DNA of 64,000 nucleotides from an uncultured Chloroflexia bacterium (lineage in GTDB: Bacteria; Chloroflexota; Limnocylindria; Limnocylindrales; CSP1-4): NCBI GenBank assembly GCA_963766735.1, contig CAVYBU010000004.1:1-64000 (forward strand). Direction: 5' to 3'. This document shows positions 1 to 8,963 of this stretch, piece after piece. The notes beneath the pieces are model-generated. The model saw only the letters and a program-made list of their open reading frames with translations. It was not told the origin of the DNA and made no database searches. A program made the translations under genes and the position numbers. Every line of letters starts with the position of its first letter. Position 1 is the first letter of the stretch.

Positions 1-640
1 CACCGGAACCGGTGATTCCGCCGCACCGTTCGCGAACACGTGCGGGCAGATGTCGGCCGGAGTCAGGCAGCCGCAGTGGAGGGCCGCCCTGACCGCGTCC
101 GACCGCCCGCGGCAGCCGAGCTTCGCATAGACGTGCGTGAGGTGCGTCTTCACGGTGTTGGGCGACAGGAAGAGCCGGCCGGCCATCTCGTCGACCGTGA
201 TCCCGGTGGCCGCCAGGCGAAGGACCTCGAGTTCGCGGGCCGTCAGCGGTTCGGTGGGGCCCGGCCCCCGGACGGCGCCGGACAGAGCCGGGGCCGGTTT
301 GGCCGGCTGCCGGCGAGCGCGGAGAGCGATGGGGACCAGGACGATGAACGCAGCCCCCACCAGCAGGTACGTCAACAATTGGACGTACGCGACGGGCGTG
401 TCGAAGACGTTGTCGACGGTGACCATCGAGGCGGCGGTCGAGATCTCACCACCGGTGCGCAAGGGCGGTGGTGGCAGGCCCGGGACCGAACAGCAACGCG
501 GTGCCAATGATCAGGGTCAGGACGACCAGGAGGTGCGTGCCGTGGTCGAGGCCCACGATGTAGAACTCGAGAAAGGCGGCGATCGCGCCGACGGCCAGGA
601 GCGCACCGGCATACCCGACCGTGCGACGTCGCCGGTCCAT
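1..640 (-). CDS. Membrane-anchored LuxR-type HTH regulator (frameshifted near 458; runs off window start)
   Basis: ATG at 640 gives hydrophobic helices (ORF 446-733). After a 1-nt shift the frame continues with another TM helix and PLTARELEVLRLAATGITVDEMAGRLFLSPNTVKTHLTHVYAKLG, a typical LuxR HTH. Confidence 0.8.
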
Positions 641-784
641 CGTCAGTCGGTCGATCGAAGGGGGGTTCACCACACCACGCCCACACGCGACTCCCAGTCT
701 GGGCGTCAACTCTCCGCCACTCGCGCATGGCACACAAGGACCAAAGGTCCCAGCCGGAGACCGTTCGGTCGGCGTTTCCCACCA

Positions 785-842
785 CGGCTCAACTGCCGGG
801 TCCGGCGGTCAACCGGCTCAACTTCCGGGTCCGGCGGTCAAC
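785..842. repeat. Tandem 29-bp repeat, 2 copies
   Basis: cggctcaac[tg/tt]ccgggtccggcggtcaac at 785-813 and 814-842, one mismatch; overlaps the GT87 stop codon. Confidence 0.9.
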
Positions 843-1758
843 CGGGCCCGGACACACCCCCACGGCGCAGAGCCGGCAACAGGGTCCGATGGGGCCTCTC
901 CGGTCGCCCCCTCCGGAGACAGGCACCCGCAGGGGTCATCGCGCCCGCGGCCGCGAGGGGCAGGAGCGCCACGAGGATCGCCGGGGAGTTGAGCCAGATG
1001 GTGGGCAGCGCGAGACAGATGCCCACGGGGAGGACCCATCGCCGGTCGGTCCGCGCTCCCCACGCCACCAGCAGCGCGGCCAGCGGGAGCCGCACCCAGA
1101 GCGGGACCGGCAGGTAGATGAGGCCCCCCGCCAGCTCCGGGAACTCCCCCCGGCGCAGCAGGGCGATCCAGTCCTCCCATCCCTGGGGATCGGCCGCGAA
1201 CGAGACCCCGACGATCACCCCGGTCACGCCCAGGGCGATCGCCAGGGATCGCCACTCCCCGCGGACGAGGAACCAGACGAGCCCGACGCCCGGCGTCACC
1301 TTCGTGAGCAGCGGCAGCGCCCACACGATCGGCCACCGCAGGCCGACGAGCGCCACTGCCGCGAACGCGAGGTCCAGCTGGCCGAGGAGGATGGAGAGCG
1401 CGACCGGCGGCAGGAGCAGCACCAGGAGGGCGTGGCGTCCGCCCAGCCACAGCAGCAGCGCGAGCTCGAGGGCGGTCCAGAGCGCGGCGAACACCGGCCA
1501 CGGCAGCGCGACGAGCGGCGCGATCGCCTGCGCGAACGCCGGCGAGTAGAGGTAGGCGCCGGTATCGCCCGGGTGGAGCTGCGCGTAGTCCAGGCCATCC
1601 CGCGTCAGCCAGTAGGCCCACACGTCGTACGCGGGTGCCGTCCATGGGTAGACGTCGAGCAGCCGCGCCGCGACGAACGTCCCCGCGACCACGAGGAAGG
1701 CCGGGACGGCCAAGTCCGTGGCCATCCTGTGCCTGGCGGGAACCGGATCGGTGCTCAT
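838..1758 (-). CDS. Glycosyltransferase family 87 (DUF2029-like) membrane protein
   Basis: Multi-TM protein with D..AYW, YLYSPAFAQ..PL..LPW and LTKVTPG motifs; paralog of 23863-24745. Confidence 0.8.
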   Translation of the reverse strand: MSTDPVPARHRMATDLAVPAFLVVAGTFVAARLLDVYPWTAPAYDVWAYWLTRDGLDYAQLHPGDTGAYLYSPAFAQAIAPLVALPWPVFAALWTALELALLLWLGGRHALLVLLLPPVALSILLGQLDLAFAAVALVGLRWPIVWALPLLTKVTPGVGLVWFLVRGEWRSLAIALGVTGVIVGVSFAADPQGWEDWIALLRRGEFPELAGGLIYLPVPLWVRLPLAALLVAWGARTDRRWVLPVGICLALPTIWLNSPAILVALLPLAAAGAMTPAGACLRRGRPERPHRTLLPALRRGGVSGPG

Positions 1759-1899
1759 GGCGGGGCCCTGTCAGGCGAGCATCGTCGGCCGCGACCCGAA
1801 CGGGCAAGTAGCCATCGGCACGTAATCGCCGATTCGCGACGCAGTGTCGGCCCGTCAGCGGCCCGGCTGGATCACCGCCGCCGGGTCTCCGCGCGCGCT

Positions 1900-2251
1900 T
1901 CAGCCTTCCCGGTCGCTCCCTGGCTCGCTCCCCGGCTCCGTCTGCCCGTCCCGGGAGACCTTCTCGCCGACCAGTCGCCGACCGTCGCGCGTCCTCCCCC
2001 ACCTGGCCGTCAGCTCCACCGCGACGGCCTCGGCCACCTCGGTCTGCGGTGCCGGGCCGCTCGGTCTCCACGGACCACGCGAACGCCTCCAGGTAGTCGT
2101 CCGTGCCCGCGAGGCCCTCCCGCATCGTGATCCGGCTGACCTCCTGCATGAACCACTTCGGCATCGCCAGCTTCACCCGGGCTCCGGACTCGTCCGATGC
2201 CTGGATCTGCGTCGGGATGTCGCGCCAGGCGAGGACACGGTAGCGGGCCAT
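1900..2251 (-). CDS. Small 'Virulence_fact' (PF13769-like) protein, frameshift near 2041
   Basis: MARYRVLAWRDIPTQI...AGTDDYLEAF matches the WRDIP.Q / GTDDYL family signature. Removing one base continues EVAEAVAVEL to TGA at 1900. Confidence 0.65.
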
Positions 2252-2294
2252 GCGAAGCTCCTCGGTGCGGTGGCAGACCACGAGACGCGGCGTC

Positions 2295-2324
2295 GATTGT
2301 GGCATCCCTTGCGTTGTTGCGCAA
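2295..2324 (-). promoter_or_regulatory. Putative promoter (TTGCGC-17-CACAAT) with overlapping palindrome TTGCG-N6-CGCAA
   Basis: AT-richer patch with correct spacing; palindrome at 2309-2324. Confidence 0.45.
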
Positions 2325-2489
2325 TTGCTGAAGTACTCGCTGGGACTCGAACCGGGAGCGCCGCGCAGTGCTGCGCCGCGGCCGTGCGCGCCACCAATGG
2401 CGCGGGTACTCTCCCCCTACCCTTCATCCCCACCGGCCCGGCGCTGGCGCTCGTCCCTCGCTCGTCAACCTGGCTGTGCACAATGCGAC

Positions 2490-4400
2490 GTGACCCCCGG
2501 AGTGCCCCCTGCCGTGACCTCGCGCGACCGCACCCTCGCCGCGATCGTCGACACGTTCGTGCCCGCGGCCGAGGGGCTGCCGTCCGCGAGCGAGCTGGGC
2601 GTCCACACGCGCCTGCTGGAAGAGGTGGCGGCGCTGGGCCGGCCCTCCCTGCAGGGCGAGCTGGACCTGCTGCTGAAGGTGGCCGGGACGCCGCTCGGTG
2701 GCCTGATCCTGGCGGGGCGGCCGAAGGGGTTCGCGTCGCTGGACCAGGCGACGCGGGAGGCGGCGATGCGGCGCCTGGCCGCCAGCCCGATCCCGCTCAA
2801 GCGGACCGCGTTCCAGGACCTCAAGCGCCTGACGCTGCTGCTGGCGTACGGCATGGAGGACTCGCCGTGGCGCGCGCGGACGGGTTTCGTGGCCCCGGTG
2901 CCGGACGCCCCCAACCGCAGCGCCGTGACCGTACGCACACCGCGGGCGGGCGAGGTCATCGAGGCGGATGTCGTGGTGATCGGGTCCGGTGCCGGCGGGG
3001 GCGTGGCCGCATCGATCCTGGCCGCGGCCGGGAAGCGCGTCGTGGTGCTCGAAAGGGCCGCGATGGTGACCGAGGACCGGTTCGGCGGGCCGGAGCTGGA
3101 GGGGCTGGGCGCCCTGTTCCTGGACCGCGGGCTGGCCGCGACCACGGACCGCTGGATCTCGATCCGGGCGGGTTCCGCGGTGGGCGGCGGGACCGTCGTC
3201 AACTGGTCGTCGTCCCTGCGCGCGCCGGACGCCGTCCGGGACGAGTGGCGGGCCGCGGGCATCGGCGAGGACCTGGACGAGCACTACGCGGCGATCGAGG
3301 CGGAGATCAGCGTCACCAGCGAGGAGAGCGTCCGCAACGGGCCGAACGCGAAGCTGGCCGCGGGGCTCGATGCCCTGGGGCTACCGCACGCCGTGATCCC
3401 TCGGGGCGTCCGCGGCTGCACGGACTGCGGGCCCTGCGCGGTGGGCTGCCGGAGCGGGGCGAAGCAGTCGTCCCTGCGCACGACGCTCGCATCGGCCTGC
3501 GCCAACGGGGCGGAGATCCTGGACCGGTCCGAGGTGCGGCGCGTGCTGCTGGAGGGCGGCCGCGCGGCCGGCGTGACGGCAAGCGTGCCCGGTGGCGAGA
3601 TCACCGTCAGGGCGCCGATGGTGGCGCTGGCCGGGGGCTCGATCCTCTCCCCCGCCGTGCTGCTGCGCTCCGGGATCGCGACCGCGACGGCCGGGCGCGG
3701 GCTCCACCTCCACCCGGTCTCGGCGGTGGCGGGCGTGTACGACGAGTCGCTGGCGCCCTGGTCAGGCGTGCCGCAGAGCGTGATGAGCGACGCATTCGGG
3801 GAGATCGACGGGCGCTGGGGCTTCCGCATGGAGGCGGCGCCGACGCACCCCGGGCTGATCGCCACGGGCTTCCCCTGGTGGAGCAGCAAGGCCCACCGCG
3901 AGACCCTGACGCAGTGCGACGGGATCGCGGCGTTCCTGTCGCTGGTCCGCGACCGCTCCGAGGGGCGCATCACGCTGGCGAAGGACGGGGGCATCGACGT
4001 CCGGTACGCGCCCGGAGCCGCCGACCAGGCGCTGCTGCGGCGGGCGTCGCTCGAGATGGCGAGGATCCACCGCGCGGCGGGCGCGAAGCGGATCATCCCG
4101 CTGGTCACGCCACCGCACGACTGGCTGGACGGCCAGGCCTTCGAGCCGTGGCTGGACTCGCTGGCGGCGCGGCCGATCGCGCCCAACCGGATCCTGCTGT
4201 TCACGGCCCACCAGATGTCGTCGTGCCGGATCGGAGCGGACCCGAAGTCCAGTGTGGCCGGCCCGGACGGGCAGGTGCACGGGGTGCCCGGCCTCTACGT
4301 CACCGATGCCTCCGCCCTGCCGACGGCGACGGGCGTGAACCCGGTTCTGTCGCTGATGGCGCTGGCCCGGCGGACCGCGCTGGGGATGGCGGCCCAGTAG
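2490..4400 (+). CDS. GMC family oxidoreductase (long-chain alcohol oxidase-like)
   Basis: GSGAGG FAD motif, GSAVGGGTVVN, C..CG.C..GC, AHQMSSCRIG, DASALPTATGVNP. Start placed at GTG 2490, just after CACAAT. Confidence 0.9.
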   Translation: MTPGVPPAVTSRDRTLAAIVDTFVPAAEGLPSASELGVHTRLLEEVAALGRPSLQGELDLLLKVAGTPLGGLILAGRPKGFASLDQATREAAMRRLAASPIPLKRTAFQDLKRLTLLLAYGMEDSPWRARTGFVAPVPDAPNRSAVTVRTPRAGEVIEADVVVIGSGAGGGVAASILAAAGKRVVVLERAAMVTEDRFGGPELEGLGALFLDRGLAATTDRWISIRAGSAVGGGTVVNWSSSLRAPDAVRDEWRAAGIGEDLDEHYAAIEAEISVTSEESVRNGPNAKLAAGLDALGLPHAVIPRGVRGCTDCGPCAVGCRSGAKQSSLRTTLASACANGAEILDRSEVRRVLLEGGRAAGVTASVPGGEITVRAPMVALAGGSILSPAVLLRSGIATATAGRGLHLHPVSAVAGVYDESLAPWSGVPQSVMSDAFGEIDGRWGFRMEAAPTHPGLIATGFPWWSSKAHRETLTQCDGIAAFLSLVRDRSEGRITLAKDGGIDVRYAPGAADQALLRRASLEMARIHRAAGAKRIIPLVTPPHDWLDGQAFEPWLDSLAARPIAPNRILLFTAHQMSSCRIGADPKSSVAGPDGQVHGVPGLYVTDASALPTATGVNPVLSLMALARRTALGMAAQ

Positions 4401-4471
4401 CGCCTCGGCGCGCGGGCGGCCCTGGCCGCGCGGACCGCGTTGCCGATCGTCCCCGACCGGCTCCGCGTGAC

Positions 4472-5584
4472 CTACCGGGCGACGGGTGCGGACGCCGACG
4501 CGGCGACCGCGGGATCTCCCGCGAAGTAGCGCCGGCCGAGCCAGAACGCGACGTTCACAAGCGCGATCATCACCGGCACCTCGACGAGCGGGCCGATGAC
4601 GGCTGCGAACGCCGCCCCACTGGAGATCCCGAACGTCGCAACTGCCACGGCGATCGCGAGCTCGAAGTTGTTCGAGGCTGCCGTGAACGAGAGCGACACC
4701 GTCTGGCCGTAGGTCGCCCTCGCCCGGACGCCCATCGCGAACGTGACGAGGAACATGACGACGAAGTAGATGAGCAGCGGGATCGCGATCCGCATCACGT
4801 CCAGCGGCAGCGCGACGATGTTCTCGCCCTTGATCGAGAACATCACGACGATCGTGAACAGCAGGGCGATCAGCGTGATCGGGCTGATGCGCGGAATGAA
4901 GGTGCCCTCGTACCATTCGCGGCCCCGCCGCCGGATCAGCACGACCCGCGTGAGGAACCCCGCGATGAACGGGATGCCCAGGTAGATGAAGACGCTCTGC
5001 GCGATCTGGCCGATGGTGATGTCCACCACGACACCTTCGAGGCCGATCCAGGTGGGCAGGACGGTGATGAAGACGTAGGCAAAGACCGCGTAGAACAGGA
5101 CCTGGAAGATCGAGTTGAAGGCCACCAGACCGGCGGCGTACTCGGGGTCCCCGCGCGCGAGGTCGTTCCAGACGATGACCATCGCGATGCAGCGAGCGAG
5201 GCCGATCAGGATCAGCCCGGCCATGTACTCGGGGTAGTCGCGCAGGAAGATGACCGCCAGCGCGAACATCAGCAGCGGCCCGACGATCCAGTTCTGGACA
5301 AGCGACAGGGCGAGGATCTTCACATCCCGGAAGACCCGGCCGATCTCCTCGTAGCGGACCTTCGCGAGCGGCGGGTACATCATCAGGATCAGGCCGAGCG
5401 CGATGGGAATCGACGTCGTGCCGACGCTGAGCCGGTCGAGCAGCGGGACCACGTCCGGCACCAGGAACCCGAGCACGATGCCGCCGGCCATCGCGGCGAA
5501 GATCCAGACCGTCAGGTACCGGTCGAGGAGCTTGAGGCGCCGGGGCGGTTCCGCGGCGACGACTGGCAAGGAACCGGCGCTCAA
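4472..5584 (-). CDS. acr3: Acr3 arsenite efflux transporter
   Basis: [46 protein letters not shown] motifs. Confidence 0.95.
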   Translation of the reverse strand: MSAGSLPVVAAEPPRRLKLLDRYLTVWIFAAMAGGIVLGFLVPDVVPLLDRLSVGTTSIPIALGLILMMYPPLAKVRYEEIGRVFRDVKILALSLVQNWIVGPLLMFALAVIFLRDYPEYMAGLILIGLARCIAMVIVWNDLARGDPEYAAGLVAFNSIFQVLFYAVFAYVFITVLPTWIGLEGVVVDITIGQIAQSVFIYLGIPFIAGFLTRVVLIRRRGREWYEGTFIPRISPITLIALLFTIVVMFSIKGENIVALPLDVMRIAIPLLIYFVVMFLVTFAMGVRARATYGQTVSLSFTAASNNFELAIAVAVATFGISSGAAFAAVIGPLVEVPVMIALVNVAFWLGRRYFAGDPAVAASASAPVAR

Positions 5585-5808
5585 CTTGATCCCTCAGGCT
5601 GCGTGACAATCGGGAGCGACCCTGAGCCTACCCCGCTGGCTCGCAGGTGGTGGGTGCCGTCGGTCATGACGCGGCTACCCGCCGATCACGGATGCAGCCC
5701 GCCGAACGGCCGCGCCAGGGGTGCCTCCGACGAGCGGCCGCGGCCGGGTCGCGGGAGGCCATCGGGCGTGCTCTCTGCAGCCACCCCGGACGTGGCATCC
5801 TGACGGCG

Positions 5809-6312
5809 ATGGAATCGCCCCTGTCCTCCCTGCGCACCACGAGCGAGGAGCACCACGCTCGCCTCGTTCCCCACGTGGACCGGCTGCTGACCCTGGCCGA
5901 GATGATCGGCCACGTGGAGTGCTCCTCGATCCACACTGCGTTCGAGGAGGAGTACGCCTTCATCGTCGGCCACCTCGTGCCGCACATGGAGGCGATCGAA
6001 CACGCGCTCTACGACCGGCTGGAGGCGCTGATGGACGGCCGCCACTCGATGGCGCCGATGCGCCAGGAGCACCGGACGGTCGCCCGCCTGATCAGGGATC
6101 TCGGGCGCTACCGGCGCCATGCGGACGACTGCAGCTGGGGTGCGGTCGAGGGAATGGCGCTCCGGCGCGCGCTGTACCGCCTGCACGCGATCCTCAAGGT
6201 GCACCTGGCCGAGGAGGAGCTGTACCTGGGGGTGCTGGAGCGCAACCTGACCGACGAGGAGAAGGACCTGCTCGCGCGCAGCCTGGACCACGCGGTGCAC
6301 GAGCCGCTCTAG
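5809..6312 (+). CDS. Hemerythrin-domain protein
   Basis: EEHH, LVPHMEAIE..LY, MRQEH, LKVHLAEEE (HHE-type di-iron motifs); paralog of 6945-7436. Confidence 0.85.
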   Translation: MESPLSSLRTTSEEHHARLVPHVDRLLTLAEMIGHVECSSIHTAFEEEYAFIVGHLVPHMEAIEHALYDRLEALMDGRHSMAPMRQEHRTVARLIRDLGRYRRHADDCSWGAVEGMALRRALYRLHAILKVHLAEEELYLGVLERNLTDEEKDLLARSLDHAVHEPL

Positions 6313-6881
6313 TCCGTCGGAGCGCCCTTGGCGCCCACGTCGGTGAGCGCGACCGGCCCACGTGGCAGGGCAACCCACTCCAGGTAGCGCGCCTCGAACT
6401 CCGCCACCAGGCGCGATCGCTCCTTCATGACGGCCGCCCATTCGTCCAGGGCGGCGAACCCGGACTCGGTCAGCTCGTAGTCCCGCCGGGCGGGTCCTGT
6501 TCCGGTCATCCACGTGGAGCGGACCTGGCCCGCCTCCTCGAGGTCCCGCAGCGTCCGGTACACCTGGCCGACGTCCACGGCGCCCGTCGTGATCCCCAGC
6601 TGCGAGAGCTCGCCCACGATGGCGTACCCGTGCGCGGCACCGCCGGCCAGGAGCGCCAGCACGAACGGCTCCATCCAGCGGTGGCGGGCGCCCAGCGGAG
6701 ACCAGCCACGGTGGAGCGGCACGCCCGCTGCGTCCCGCTCGGAGGCGATGGCGAGCGGCGGGGCGGTGGTGGTCACGACGGCCACGTCCGTGTCGGGGGC
6801 TTCATCGGGGGAAGCGTCGGTGCCGATCGGATCGGGCGCGTCAGCCATGTCACCGGCGGGGTCGGGGCGCTGGGCACTCAT
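6309..6881 (-). CDS. PadR-family transcriptional regulator
   Basis: LALL...AHGYAI...GQVYRTLRDLEEAG.V.S.W....GPARRDYELTESG. Confidence 0.9.
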   Translation of the reverse strand: MSAQRPDPAGDMADAPDPIGTDASPDEAPDTDVAVVTTTAPPLAIASERDAAGVPLHRGWSPLGARHRWMEPFVLALLAGGAAHGYAIVGELSQLGITTGAVDVGQVYRTLRDLEEAGQVRSTWMTGTGPARRDYELTESGFAALDEWAAVMKERSRLVAEFEARYLEWVALPRGPVALTDVGAKGAPTD

Positions 6882-6944
6882 GTGCCGGGAGCATAGGACC
6901 TCACCGGATCGGCTGTCGCGCGAGCCAACCGTTCGGCCGACGGC

Positions 6945-7436
6945 TCAGCCGATACCCACCGGGTGCGCCATCGCCGCGGCCATGACATCTGCCGCCTCCG
7001 TATCCATTCCGTGCTCGACGATCCGCAGGTACGCCTCCTCCTCCGCGAGATGGACCTTGAGCAGCGCGTACAGCTGGAACATGACCCGCCGCAGGCCGAG
7101 CGTCCGGCCGATCGTGACCTGGCCCTCGCCGATCTGCCTGGTCAGGCCACCGAGGACGGTGACGTGCTTCCGGATCTCCTCGTGCTCGCGGCGCATCGGC
7201 GCCATCGAGTGGCGGTTCTGGAACATGCGCTCCAGCTCCGGGTACACGGTGCGCTCGGCGGCATCGATGTGCGGGAGGAGGGTCTCGGACAGGAATGCGC
7301 TCATCTCCGCGAGACCCGCCTTCACCTCGGCGGAGCTGGCGGTCAGCATGGAATCGGCCAGCGCGGGCATCTGGTCGACGTGGTTGAGCAGGCGCTCGTG
7401 GTGCTCGTGCGCCACCTGGGGCAGGGACTGCGTCAT
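6945..7436 (-). CDS. Hemerythrin-domain protein
   Basis: HEHH, LLPHIDAAERTVYP, MRREH, LKVHLAEEE. Confidence 0.85.
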   Translation of the reverse strand: MTQSLPQVAHEHHERLLNHVDQMPALADSMLTASSAEVKAGLAEMSAFLSETLLPHIDAAERTVYPELERMFQNRHSMAPMRREHEEIRKHVTVLGGLTRQIGEGQVTIGRTLGLRRVMFQLYALLKVHLAEEEAYLRIVEHGMDTEAADVMAAAMAHPVGIG

Positions 7437-7509
7437 GGTCGGGGCTCCTTCACGTGGTGAGCGGTCAGTGGACCAAGAGGTGAACGGCGGGACGCCGGGG
7501 CGGATGACA

Positions 7510-8718
7510 CTAGGCGGCCTCCCTCCCCTGGTCGCGGGTCAACTCGACGAAGAACAGGGCGACCGGCCGGTACACCGCGTGGGCCAGCTTCATGAACGGC
7601 GCCAGGAGCACCAGCTCCATCGCGATCGCGACGTGGACCAGGAACAGCCAGTAGCCCCACGCCGGCACCCCTGGGAGGTACAGGGCGAGCTCGATGGCGA
7701 ACCCGGTCACGCCGGTCGCCCAGAGCAGGCCCAGGAGCATCCAGTCGGCGCTGGTGGACGAGCGGACGGAGCGGTTGGCGGCCCGGTAGCGATCGATGAT
7801 CAGGACGGTGGTCCCGTAGACGAGGGCGAACCCGGCCACGGTACCCAGAAGGCGAACGGGATACCAGAGCGGCACGGGGGTGCCGGTCTCCTTGATCCCC
7901 GCCAGCGCCAGGCCCCAGTCGAGACCGGTGGCGGCCAGCAGGCCCAGGAAGCCCCAGACGGTCACGGCGTGCACGAACCCGCGCCGCCGGAACCACGGCA
8001 CCGCGGCCACGTCCGCGTCGCACTCCTTGCGGAACTGGACCTGGCCCACGGCCTCGCGTCCGATGGCCCCCCAGGCGGCCCGACCGGACCGGGCCAGGGC
8101 GGCGCGGCCGCCGAAGACATCGGCGAGGCCAACGCCCTCCCGTTTCCCGATGCGGCGGGCCATGCTCACGATGCCGGCCAAGCCGGCGATGACCACGACG
8201 ATCATCACGGCGATGCCGAGGTCATGGATCAGCTCTGCCGGGATGAACTCGAAGAGCGCGAGGGACTCGGAGCCCTGGGGGCCGCGCGCCGTCATCATGA
8301 ACAGGGCGAACAGCACGGCCAGCGCGACCGCGATCACCGTGGCCAGGATGGGCTGGGTGTACATGGTCCGGGCGACGTGCGTCCGGTCGTAGCTGGCGAT
8401 GGCGTACCGGCGGGTCGCCGCCATGAACTCGGACGGATCCGCCTGCGTCGGGCAGGTCTCGGCGCACTCCCCGCACTGGTAGCAGGACCAGAGCTCCTTG
8501 CTGGACAGCAGGGCGTCCTTCATGCCCAGCTGTGCGTACCGGATGATCCGGCGCGGGAACGCTCCGTCATCCTGGGACAGCGGACAGCTGGCGGTGCAGG
8601 TCCCGCACGAGAAGCAGGCGGACACGTCCCCGGCGCCGAAGCGCCGGATGTCCGGGTAGAGGCCCAGGTCCACGGGCAGGGCGGCCGGCACGGCGGCGGG
8701 TGCGGTGATTGCGGTCAT
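7510..8718 (-). CDS. QmoC-like protein: HdrC-type 2x[4Fe-4S] domain fused to a heme b-type membrane domain
   Basis: CFSCGTCTASCP and CYQCGECAETCP, followed by about 6 TM helices ending LVHVAIAMELVLLAPFMKLAHAVYRP, which resembles the QmoC C-terminus. Confidence 0.8.
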   Translation of the reverse strand: MTAITAPAAVPAALPVDLGLYPDIRRFGAGDVSACFSCGTCTASCPLSQDDGAFPRRIIRYAQLGMKDALLSSKELWSCYQCGECAETCPTQADPSEFMAATRRYAIASYDRTHVARTMYTQPILATVIAVALAVLFALFMMTARGPQGSESLALFEFIPAELIHDLGIAVMIVVVIAGLAGIVSMARRIGKREGVGLADVFGGRAALARSGRAAWGAIGREAVGQVQFRKECDADVAAVPWFRRRGFVHAVTVWGFLGLLAATGLDWGLALAGIKETGTPVPLWYPVRLLGTVAGFALVYGTTVLIIDRYRAANRSVRSSTSADWMLLGLLWATGVTGFAIELALYLPGVPAWGYWLFLVHVAIAMELVLLAPFMKLAHAVYRPVALFFVELTRDQGREAA

Positions 8719-8963
8719 CAGGACACCCGCCCGGTGGGCTCGTACTGGAAGTAGCCGTCGATGGTGTTGCCCTTGATCTCGGCCACCCAGCCGTAGCGGC
8801 GCATGCCCATGACCCAGAAGACGACCTCGTGGGCAGGGGCGCCGACGGCGACGGCGATCTCGGGGACGGTGAGGGGCCCCTCGCGGAGCGCCTCGAGGAT
8901 GCGGACGCGCATGACGGGCTCCTCGCGGATCACCTCGCGCACGTCCCGGATGGGCGCAGACAT
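8718..8963 (-). CDS. Small winged-helix protein (81 aa) inside the hdr-like operon
   Basis: RILEALREGPLTVPEIAVAVG...VMGMRRYG.V; start and stop overlap both neighbours. Confidence 0.75.
   Translation of the reverse strand: MSAPIRDVREVIREEPVMRVRILEALREGPLTVPEIAVAVGAPAHEVVFWVMGMRRYGWVAEIKGNTIDGYFQYEPTGRVS

Noticed and set aside
785-842. Possible CRISPR repeat (29 bp)
   Set aside because: Two adjacent copies with no spacer and no cas genes.
2326-2416. Canonical tRNA, tRNA-Sec or THF riboswitch
   Set aside because: No 7-nt anticodon loop, broken T-stem and no CCA; the THF core is absent beyond GGAGAGTA. Kept only as a finding.
1844-5803. 1319-aa ORF and other very long ORFs (e.g. 37629-41558, 10681-12942, 56196-58670)
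   Set aside because: Arg/Pro/Gly-rich shadow frames overlapping recognisable genes; expected in high-GC DNA.
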